Source: Macrostomum lignano (taxonomy: Eukaryota). Taken from it: a DNA stretch of 39,234 nt. Under the pieces are notes generated by a model. That model was not told where the DNA came from and searched no databases. It saw only the letters and a program-made list of their open reading frames with translations. The position numbers were made by a program, and so were the translations under genes. The stretch covers positions 1 to 39,234 of the forward strand of contig NIVC01004655.1 in NCBI GenBank assembly GCA_002269645.1, written 5' to 3'. Positions 28,991-39,234 of this stretch are shown here, piece by piece (the first letter of the stretch is position 1; each line of letters starts with the position of its first letter).

Positions 28991-29464
28991 GCAACAGACA
29001 CAAACTAAAACAGACCAAAGAAACACAAATAAACGCAAAATAGAGCAGAAAGACTCCTGCCAATAAAAAGTAAGTTTTAGCCACACCATTATAATCTCTA
29101 GCAGAACAAAGCAGGCTCACGGCCAACTCTCCTCCCAACCCCCTGTTGAGCACTGAACTCCGGAACCTGGGGTGAATTTCCTGAATTTGTCCCGAAGTGC
29201 TTGTGCTGCTTTTCCCAAACGATGAAGAGTTTATGGTCTGCTTGTAGCAGTTGGATTTGCGCTGAGAATGGCGTCCTGTTGAACTCACTGAAGCACCTAC
29301 CTATGTATGAGACAAGGATGCTTGGTCTAAAAAAATAGCGGAAAAAGTGGTTCTCCTGCTAGGCCAAGCAGCACCACTTGACAGTCACCAGACCAGTGCG
29401 TGTTGCAGTCACAGAGCGAATTACTTGAAGACAATGTCCAGTGTTTTTTTAACCTTTGCCAATT

Positions 29465-29645
29465 TAGGTAGTGGTGTTAAAGGGGCTTAGTAGCGTCACA
29501 GGGGTTTGATTCCCCTGAACGGCCCCATTAATTTGTGGTTCGTACGCACCAGGGCCAACCCCCAAGGCACGGAGAGTGTACACATGCCTGACGTTTAGAA
29601 AGTCAGGGTGGATGTACATGTACACCCTGTGTGAGCGTGTGTGTG
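29465..29645 (+). mobile_element. tRNA-derived SINE-like dispersed repeat, copy 2 (a further body fragment at about 27190-27212)
   Basis: B-box-like GGTTTGATTCC (29503-29513) followed by the same body as copy 1. Confidence 0.55.
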
Positions 29646-29664
29646 CTAGTAATAGTGAACTCTG

Positions 29665-30046
29665 CCCAGATCCCCAATAATTTCAGCTCAGATCCCCAGT
29701 AATCTCAGCTCAGATCCCCAGTAATCTCAGCTCAGATCCCCAGAAATCTCAGCTCATATATCCCAGTAATCTCAGCTCAGATCCCCAGAAATCTCAGCTC
29801 AGATCCCCAGAAATCTCAGCTCAGATCCCCAGAAATCTCAGCTCAGATCCCCAGAAATCTCAGCTCATATATCCCAGTAATCTCAGCTCATATATCCCAG
29901 AAATCTCAGCTCAGATCCCCAGAAATCTCAGCTCAGATCCCCAGAAATCTCAGCTCAGATCCCCAATAATCTCAGCCCAGATCCCCAGTAATCTCAGCTC
30001 AGATCCCCAGGAATCTCAGCTCAGATCCCCAATCATCTCAGCTCAA
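29665..30046. repeat. 22-bp minisatellite (CCCCAGAAATCTCAGCTCAGAT)
   Basis: Direct inspection. Confidence 0.96.
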
Positions 30047-30732
30047 ATCCTGAGTAACCACAGTGCTGAAATATATGGAAGGTATTCCCATTCCCTCTGA
30101 GACCGCAGCAGCAGGCAATGTATGAACGACATCAGCTGGCCCATTATGAAAAATACAAAGGGAACTGATGCCAGAGTCTCAGACAAAGAGCAAATTCCCT
30201 TGCCACTTTGCAACCAGCGCAGCTCCCATTGTCTCCGGCAGAGCTGACAGGCACAGCAGGCCCGCCGTGTTTGACAAGAATCAGAAAAGTCCCACGGGGA
30301 AAGTGATACGAGCTCAACCCATGGCTGATGAAGCTATTATTTACACATTTTAGGAGTCGAAAAAATTGGTAGCAGACTCTGCAGCCAGGGTGTCGGCATT
30401 GTTTGACTTTGGCCACTTCAGATCTTTCTGCATTGCATAGCCCAGTTCTGGGCCTGCTGCTAGCCTGGATACACGGCGGCAGAGGGCGGCTGCAGCTGGG
30501 CGCCGATTCCAGCCGGACGCCTTGCGCGTATCGGATTACTCGGCAGCTGGAGAGAGCGAAACCGCCTAGTGACTCTCTGCGATATATTTATAGAGTACCG
30601 GCTCATTGTTCAGCCCTGTCTGCTATTGCTGCCCTCTCCGCTTGTCACTCTTCATGTCATATTTGCCTCCGGAAATTCTTTGCGAATATTTTTGACCTGC
30701 TTTTTTCTAAGCTTTCGTAATTAAAATATCTT

Positions 30733-31716
<984 letters not shown>

Positions 31717-31899
31717 ATACAGAGTCAGAAAGATAAGTAGTACCGTGAACAGCATGCGAGCACAATGGGCCCGCACTGAGCATGGAAACTCATTTTGATC
31801 AGATTTCTCCCAAATGCCAGCTCTTTGCCAGCTGTCCGGCTTGTCAATCAAGCAGCAGCCCTTCCTGACAACCTGTCTGGCATGCATCGAGCCCCAGTG

Positions 31900-32236
31900 C
31901 CCCAATGAAGTGGCAGTGCAGAATGAAGCGGACTCAGCCGCTGCATTTAGCCAGCCATGTGACTCACGTCGCTGCCTTCTCACTTTCCCCCCCCCCTCGT
32001 CTCATTGGTTCGCCATGCGTGAGCCAAACCCGCAATGTTTGCGGCCTTCTCCTCCGTCCAGCTCCGCCCACTTTCCCCTTTTTGATCGCGCGAGTAGAGG
32101 GAAGAGAAACATTTTTCTAGAGAAAAAACTTTGGTTAGAAGAAAAATGACCAACTGACTCAATTATCGGCTTTGATAATTCTCTTGAAGGAACAGGTGTG
32201 AAAATTAGTTTATTGGTTTACCTTTGTGCTGATTGC
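31900..32236 (+). promoter_or_regulatory. GC-rich promoter-like region upstream of the signal-peptide exon
   Basis: Contains TGACTCA, reverse CCAAT (ATTGG) and a GC box (CTCCGCCC); CpG-rich; directly precedes ATG 32237. Confidence 0.4.
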
Positions 32237-32357
32237 ATGGCGAACACCTGGGGTCGACTGCAGCTCGCACCGATGCTGGTGCTGCTGACGCTGTTGCTGC
32301 TGACGCCGGCGCACCTCATGCTGGCACCCGATGCCGACAGGCTGCCCGAGGAGGCGC
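32237..32357 (+). CDS. First coding exon of an unidentified secreted/membrane protein (signal peptide)
   Basis: ATG...MANTWGRLQLAPMLVLLTLLLLTPAHLMLAPDADRLPEEA followed by the consensus donor C|GTAAGT (phase 1). High GC3 and a hydrophobic Leu core. No downstream exon recognised within the window. Confidence 0.7.
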
Positions 32358-32414
32358 GTAAGTATTTCATCTTTTGGGGCTCAAAACACAGATTCAGAGG
32401 AATGATGAAGAAGG

Positions 32415-32695
32415 CTGAGAGGCAGATTCAGTGACAGAAGAGTCAAAGCTAAGAGGCAGATTCAGTGACAGAAGAGTCAAAGCTAAGAGGCAGATTCAGT
32501 GACAGAAGAATCAAAGCTGAGAGGCGCAGATTCAGTGACAGAAGAATCAAAGCTGAGAGGCAGATTCAGTGACAGAAGAATCAAAGCTGAAAGGCAGATT
32601 CAGTGACAGAAGAGTCAAAGCTGAGAGGCAGATTCAGTGACAGAAGAATCAAAGCTGAGAGGCAGGTTCAGTGACAGAAGAGTCAAAGCTGAGCT
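32415..32695. repeat. 34-bp minisatellite (GAGGCAGATTCAGTGACAGAAGARTCAAAGCTRA)
   Basis: Direct inspection; starts just after the donor at 32358. Confidence 0.95.
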
Positions 32696-33305
32696 CAGCT
32701 GGCTGTTGGAAACGCAAGCGGCCCAGACTGAGCCATCTAAAGCCGGCACTGTATACAGGCTAATATGCATGTAGGATACGGCATTTCTCTCGCCCGGCGT
32801 GAGCATAAAACTTTAATTAACACCGAATAGTTAATTAATTTCTCCGCCCTCCACCCGTCCTCCCCTCTCCGCCACGCGGGTAGCTGAAGCAGCAGAAGCA
32901 GCAAGCAGCAAAATCGAAAGCAGAAGCCTGTGAAAAAGGCGAACCAAGCAAGCCCTGCTAACCCTTTCTGAATTGAAAACCTCGGTGGTAGGTCCGATGC
33001 TGCTCAGACCCGATACAGCCAATAAATATATTTTAGAACCTCGGCTATTCTAAAATTTAAGAAATTTAAGCATCTGCTCAAGTCGTGAAACTGAGAATTT
33101 GCCCTCTGGCGTGCTTTCGATTCTGCGGTGAGAAGCGCGCAGTAACTTAAGAGGGGGGGGGGGCTGCGAGTCGAATACCGCAAACCAAGCAAATTAAAAG
33201 TACTGATTTCGAGTCTTCCAGACGGATTTTTTGTAGAATGCATCGGCACCTAATTGGGCCTTTTCTTTAGTGAAGGCTGCATAAGCGCGCACTGCTATAA
33301 GCGTA

Positions 33306-33818
33306 CCAAAAACTGGGCGCTTAAGGGGGACTCTACCAAAAACTGGGCGCTTAAGGGGACTCTACCAAAAACTGGGCGCTTAAGGGGGACTCTACCAAAA
33401 ACTGGGCGCTTAAGGGGACTCTACCAAAAACTGGGCGCTTAAGGGGGACTCTACCAAAAACTGGGCGCTTAAGGGGGACTCTACCAAAAACTGGGCGCTT
33501 AAGGGGGACTCTACCAAAAACTGGGCGCTTAAGGGGGACTCTACCAAAAGCTGGGCGCTTAAGGGGGACTCTACCAAAAACTGGGCGCTTAAGGGGGACT
33601 CTACCAAAAGCTGGGCGCTTAAGGGGGACTCTACCAAAAGCTGGGCGCTTAAGGGGGACTCTACCAAAAGCTGGGCGCTTAAGGGGGACTCTACCAAAAG
33701 CTGGGCGCTTAAGGGGGACTCTACCAAAAACTGGGCGCTTAAGGGGGACTCTACCAAAAACTGGGCGCTTAAGGGGGACTCTACCAAAACTGGGCGCTTA
33801 AGGGGGACTCTACCAAAA
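33306..33818. repeat. 30-bp minisatellite (ACCAAAAACTGGGCGCTTAAGGGGGACTCT), about 17 copies
   Basis: Direct inspection; bracketed by the inverted repeat ATAAGCGCGCA (33281-33291 / 33821-33831). Confidence 0.97.
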
Positions 33819-34174
33819 TCTGCGCGCTTATTCGATGCGCGCTAACGATAGCATCCGTTTTTCTACATGCTACCATTCGAACGGAGAAAGTTCCTTGAGA
33901 AATCTCCCGTTTAAAAAAAACAGCATTGCAGAGATGGGGTTGAGTTTAAATTCAGGATTTCTGCCGCCTTGATTTTCGGCAGTGGCCCCAACTTACTAAC
34001 TGACTAATATCTAAATAATCCGGTTGACAGCCAGTTTTGATTGATGGACGCTGGCCCAGCTAGTTATTGATAATATAATCGGTTTTAATTTAAGTAATGC
34101 GTTTGACTATGGTTAAATATTTAAATATGGCTTTTCATTGAGTCTAAATTCCCACAATATTTGAAATCTCCAAA

Positions 34175-34670
34175 TTTTCCAATTCACAAGTGTGTTTACA
34201 TTCCCAAAAAGTTCACGTTTCCAAGTTATCACATTCCCAAGTGTTCACATTCCCAAGTGTTCTCATTCCCCAAGTGTTCACATTCCCCAAGTGTTCACAT
34301 TCCCCAAGTGTTCACATTCCCAAGTGTTCACATTTCCCAAGTATTCGCATTCCCAAGTGTTCACATTCCCAAGTGTTCACATTTCCCAAGTGTTCACATT
34401 CCATAAGTGTTCACATTCCCAAGTGTTCACATTCCATAAGTGTTCACATTCCCAAGTGTTCACATTCCCAAGTGTTCACATTCCCCAAGTGTTCACATTC
34501 CCCAAGTGTTCGCATTCCATAAGTGTTCACATTCCCAAGTGTTCACATTCCCCAAGTGTTCACATTCCCAAGTGTTCGCATTCCCCAAGTGTTCACATTC
34601 CCAAGTGTTCACATTCCCCAAGTGTTCACATTCCCCAAGTGTTCACATTCCCAAGTGTTCGCATTCCCCA
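34175..34670. repeat. 16-17-bp minisatellite (CCCAAGTGTTCACATT)
   Basis: Direct inspection. Confidence 0.96.
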
Positions 34671-35974
34671 GGTATCCACATTTTTCAAGTTTTCGATCAC
34701 ATTCCTTAAGTAATCAAATTCGCGGATTTTTTTAATTACCTTGCATTTCTAATTCTCTGAAAGACGGTTGAGAATAAAATTTGAGGTGCAAGCTGCTATG
34801 AGGAATGGATCAGCTTTTTGACAGCCTGAGCCAAAAGCCTCCAGACTCCACAGGCTGCCCCAGGCTCTCAGTTTCACCACCCGCGGGGCTACATGACGAT
34901 GAGGTTTAAATTTTTAACTGGAGAAAAAGAGACGAGGCTGCATGCTTCATCAACACCTGACGAGGCGCACCAGACACTGTCAGAAATATTTCATTTCGTT
35001 TTTGACTGCGGCCGCGGGGCTGCAGTGCCGTGAAGGGGCTGCTTGAGAAAAGTAAAAGGGAGTTGGTAGGGGGGGGGAGAATTGAGGCAGCTCAGCACGC
35101 CCGCTGGGAAAGGCCCTCGGCTTCTCCTGCTTCTTAGCAGCAGCAGCAGCAGCAGCAGCAGCAAAGTGAAGAAACAAAAAGTGGCGGCAAGACAAAAAGT
35201 TGTCGCGGCAGGAAAATCGAAGCCGCTTGCAGGAGAATTGAGAAGGGAGAGGTTTAAACCTCTGCGGCCGTCACCTGAATGTCTGCAGGAAATTCACACC
35301 CCGACACTTGACTGCTTCTAGGAGGCGCTTTCTGCTGCTTCCCGGCTGTAACTTTTAATTCCCACCTGGCCCCCTCCCGGCTCTGAGGGGTCCTGTGTTT
35401 CACTTCTCTCTTCCTAACCTTCTCCCCCAACCTTAACCAGTTTTTCATCTCTTCTAGAGGGAGTTTTTTCTGCCAGAAAAAAGTTGTCCAGTCTGTTTCC
35501 CCAGCCTCGTGGCCAAGGAGTTGATAGCCCGGCTGACCTGACAAGGTGGCCAAATTCTTTTTTTGTTTTGTTCGTCTTGCTCCAAAAAAGCAGTTTTAAC
35601 GGATCTGCTGGAGCTCCTGGCCTCATCCGGGATTTCCGTGACTCATCTTTCTTCTGCTTTTTAACTCCAGTTTTCTTCTTTCTGTAGAGAATTCTTCTGG
35701 AGCAGCAGCGGTCGGCTGCAGGGCCGCCTTGGAGAAATTCTGGTTTGAGCCCCTCGGATTGAGTTTATCGGGCCTCAGCCATCTCTGCCTGGCGTCTCTT
35801 CCAGCTTGCCTTGTCAGATTTCTGAGTTCCCGATTTCCCTGAAAGATCTTTCTCTGTATTTCCTTTGCTCTCGTTCTCTTTCGCGTCGTTTCTAAGAAAA
35901 GTTGCGCTACTTCTTCGGCGTGGGGTTAATTTTTTGGGCGCCTCACTGGAGCACCAGCTGACGGCGCAGCACAG

Positions 35975-36100
35975 GTGGCGCCACACTGAGGGCGCAGCAC
36001 AGGTGGCGCCACACTGAGTGCGGCACACTGAGGGCGCAGCACAGGTAGCGCCACACTGAGAGCGCAGCACAGGTGGCGCCACACTGAGGGCGCCACACAG
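35975..36100. repeat. About 28-bp GC-rich minisatellite (GGCGCCACACTGAGGGCGCAGCACAGGT)
   Basis: Direct inspection. Confidence 0.88.
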
Positions 36101-36124
36101 GATCAGGTCTTTGAACAGAGAATG

Positions 36125-36292
36125 TTGAATTTAAGAGTCAAAATGGAGCCTGAAGCATTGGGTCCCGGTTTCTCTACGCCAATCCCCTTCATTTGGAGCT
36201 TCAAATGCTTGAAAGACGAGATTTTATATGTTGGTATGGCTTAGAGAAATCGGGACCGAATGTTTCGGGCTCCATTTTGACTCTTCAGTTCA
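36125..36292. mobile_element. Small palindromic MITE-like element
   Basis: About 50-bp imperfect inverted arms (AAGAGTCAAAATGGAGCC...TTTCTCTA / TAGAGAAA...GGCTCCATTTTGACTCTT). Confidence 0.65.
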
Positions 36293-36954
36293 CATCCTCT
36301 TTGTATAAGCTTCATTGATAGATAAAGGCAAACCATAAAAAAGCTTAAAAACCTAAATTCAACATCTTCAACATACTACTTGTTTAGTCGTCCAAGTAGC
36401 CAGTAGAAACTTTTTTCTCTATACCTACCTAGTAAATTAAATTACAGAATGAAGACAAATTTGCTGTTCTCAGCTACACAATCAGATAAATGGCGCCAGC
36501 TGCAGTGGAGCTGGTTACAATTTGTTTCTGCAGCCAGACCGGAGTCGCAGTATTTTCAAGCTGAATCAAATCGAGCGTGCAATTCTTGCCCCTAGAAAGA
36601 CTCCGTGGAGCTGTCAGTCTCTGGTGGGATAAAGGCCACGTGGTGCGGTATCGGGACGATTTGTATATCACTGAGGCATGCAAATCTTCTGTCTTAGTCA
36701 GTGCACGTACCATGGAGAGTAAGTTTCCTTTGTTAGGCGAGTAGCTGCAGTGGAGTGTGTATATTTTTTGGTGAGACAAATGCAATTGGAGCAAAATTAC
36801 TTCCACTGCTTCAGTTTTTTGAAAGCACTGAACTGACTGCAGTAGAAATTAAAACAAATAACTCAGTTCAATAAGTCATACCTGTTCTTGTCAAATTGTT
36901 TGTAACAGTAACAGGTAACAGGATTAATTACCAAACTTCACAGTTTTTTAGGAG

Positions 36955-37503
36955 CGCCAAAATCAGGCTAAGATTGGCGCCAAAGTCAGTGTTAAGATTG
37001 GCGCCAAAATCTGTGCTAAGAAGGGCGCCAAAACCTGTGCTAAGATTGGCGCCAAAGTCAGTGCTAAGAAAGGCGCCAAAACCTGTGCTAAGATTGGCGC
37101 CAAAGTCAGTGTTAAGATTGGCGCCAAAATCTGTGCTAAGATTGGCACCAAAGTCAGTGCTAAGATTGGCGCCAAAATCAGTGCTAAGAAGGGCGCCAAA
37201 ATCAGTGCTAAGATTGGCGCCAAAATCAGTGCTACGAGCGTACGATTGGCGCCAAAATCAGTGCTACGAGCGTACGATTGGCGCCAAAATCAGTGCTACG
37301 AGCGTACGATTGGCGCCAAAATCAGTGCTACGAGCGTACGATTGGCGCCAAAATCAGTGCTAATATTGGCGCCAAAAATCTGTGCTAAGATTGGCGCCAA
37401 AGTCAGTGCTAAGAAGGGCGCCAAAATCAGTGCTAAGAAGAGCGCCAAAATCAGTGCTAGAAGGGCGTCAAAGTCGTTGCTAAGAAGGGCGCCAAAATCA
37501 GTG
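36955..37503. repeat. 24-bp minisatellite (GGCGCCAAAATCAGTGCTAAGATT) with a longer TACGAGCGTACGA variant block
   Basis: Direct inspection. Confidence 0.96.
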
Positions 37504-38234
37504 CCTCAAATCATCTCATTTGGATTTTAAGAATCAGGCTGTCATGGAATAGCTTGTATATTTTAAATTTTTACAAGCGCGTAAGATCGAGGATATTGAA
37601 CTGCTCTGCTAGCACAGAGATTTTTTATAATTGTCTTTGTCCAGCTGCAACAAAGACGCCACGCGGTGCGCCCTTTGAAGCTGGCCCTCCAAACGGCTAC
37701 TTAAGAAAGTGAGCCTTCAAAAGCCCTAAAAAGCTTGGCCCTGCCAACTGGTGAGTTGCATAATCCACCGCCTGACCCTCAGCGGGGGGTGCGGCGCGTC
37801 CAATATCTAAACTGGTAGGCCGGCCCGCCAGTGTGACGTCATCAACTGGAGGTCCATCTGGGGGCTCTATGATGATGATGATGATGATAATGGGCTCGTG
37901 TTTGCCCCATCCCAGCAGCCAGGCTTAACAACCCCTCCCTTTCTCTGGAGAGAAAGTCAAGACTGCAGGAAGCGCTATGCGAATTTAATTTAATCCCCTC
38001 CATCTCCCCAATGACTCGTCTTCCTTCTGGTCTTTGTTTGACTGTGTGCATGGCTGTGTGTTTGACTGGGTTGTCAGGCCCCCCCCCGCGCCCGAACTCC
38101 CTCTGACAGCAGCAGGAAGTCTGCATAATTGACGCACAACGCAGGAAGTCGCTTTAGTTGAAGCAGATAGCAAAACTTCAGATTTATCACCTGACTTTCC
38201 GGCCCGGTCTTGCTTTCAGACCTTGTGTCTGACT

Positions 38235-39234
38235 CTCAACATGACTCTCACCATGTCTCTATGGCTCTCACATTTCTATGACTCTCATCATGTTTATGAC
38301 TCCCACCATGTCTATGACTTTCACCATGTCTATGACTCTCACCATTTCTATGACTCTTACCATGTCTATGACTCTCACCATTTCTATGACTCTCACCATG
38401 TCTATGACTCCCACCATGTCCTATGACTTTCACCATGTCTATGACTCCACCATTTCTATGACTCTTACCATGTCTATGACTCTCACCATTTCTATGACTC
38501 TCACCATGTCTATGACTCCCACCATGTCTATGACTTTCACCATGTCTATGACTCCCACCATGTCTATGACTCTCACCATGTCTATAACTCTCACCATGTA
38601 TATGACTCCCACCATTTCTATGACTCTCACCATTTCTATGACTCTCACCATGTCTATGACTCCCACCATGTCTATGACTTTCACCATGTCTATGACTCTC
38701 ACCATTTCTATGACTCTTACCATGTCTATGACTCTCACCATTTCTATGACTCTCATCATGTTTATGACTCTTACCATGTCTATGACTTTCACCATGTCTA
38801 TGATTCTCACCATGTCTATGATTCTCACCATGTCTATAACTCTACCATGTCTACTAACTCTCACCATGTCTATAACTCTCACTATGTATATGACTCTCAC
38901 CATGTCTATGACTCTCACCATGCATATGACTCCACATTTCTATGACTCTCATCACCATGTCTATGACTGTCACCATGTCTATGTCTCTCACCATGTCTAT
39001 GAACTGTCACTCATGTCTATGACTCTCACCATGTCTATGACTCTCACCATGTCTGTGCTCTCACCATGTCTGTGGCTCTCACCATGTCTTATGACTGTCA
39101 CCATGTCTATGACTCTCACCATGTCTATGACTGTCACCATGTCTATGACTCTCACCATGTGTATGACTCTCACCATGTCTACACTCTCACCATGTCTGTG
39201 TGCTCTCACCATGTCTGTGGCTCTCACCATGTCT
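38235..39234. repeat. 18-bp minisatellite (CTATGACTCTCACCATGT), runs off the window end
   Basis: Direct inspection. Confidence 0.97.

Noticed and set aside
29110-29300. Minus-strand exon-like segment ending at a GTGAGC donor
   Set aside because: Two frames are open, and there are no partner exons or recognisable protein; cannot be supported.
24195-30046. Common origin of the 28-bp (24.2 kb) and 22-bp (29.7 kb) arrays
   Set aside because: Shared words (CCCAGATCC, CTCAG) are too short to establish homology.
35250-35960. Minus-strand peptides resembling non-LTR retrotransposon linker motifs (RELRNLTRQAGRDARQRW; TDWTTF)
   Set aside because: Motif order is reversed relative to LINE ORF2, no endonuclease or RT motifs are visible, and the frames are broken.

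Overview
Eukaryotic (animal) genomic DNA, not prokaryotic; no CRISPR or rRNA. The GC3-rich coding exons and minisatellite-filled introns resemble the free-living flatworm Macrostomum, but the taxon is my inference. By manual splice-phase reconstruction I find four genes. (1) The 5' part of a BRSK1/2 (SAD-1) kinase on the minus strand (exons 4859-4994, 3758-3938, 833-973; it continues left of the window). (2) A complete C1orf87-like EF-hand-like gene on the minus strand (about 681 aa, 18948 to 6739). (3) A complete CTDNEP1/dullard HAD phosphatase on the plus strand (252 aa, 19981-25061), head-to-head with gene 2. (4) The first coding exon of an unidentified signal-peptide protein (32237-32357). 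The rest is about 20 different tandem-repeat arrays, several hAT-like MITE/foldback elements (some with perfect 8-bp TSDs, one with a transposase remnant) and a tRNA-derived SINE-like repeat. The most unusual signal is compositional. BRSK and CTDNEP1 begin in AT-rich domains: a CpG-retaining promoter, an AT3-biased first exon, then a nearly CpG-free first intron. Their gene bodies then become GC/CpG-rich and repeat-laden (CTDNEP1 GC3 by exon, hand-counted: 26, 50, 67, 74, 88%). This looks like the inverse of a CpG island and may reflect TSS-proximal germline methylation or a recombination-cold domain. All counts are by hand and gene models lack RNA support.
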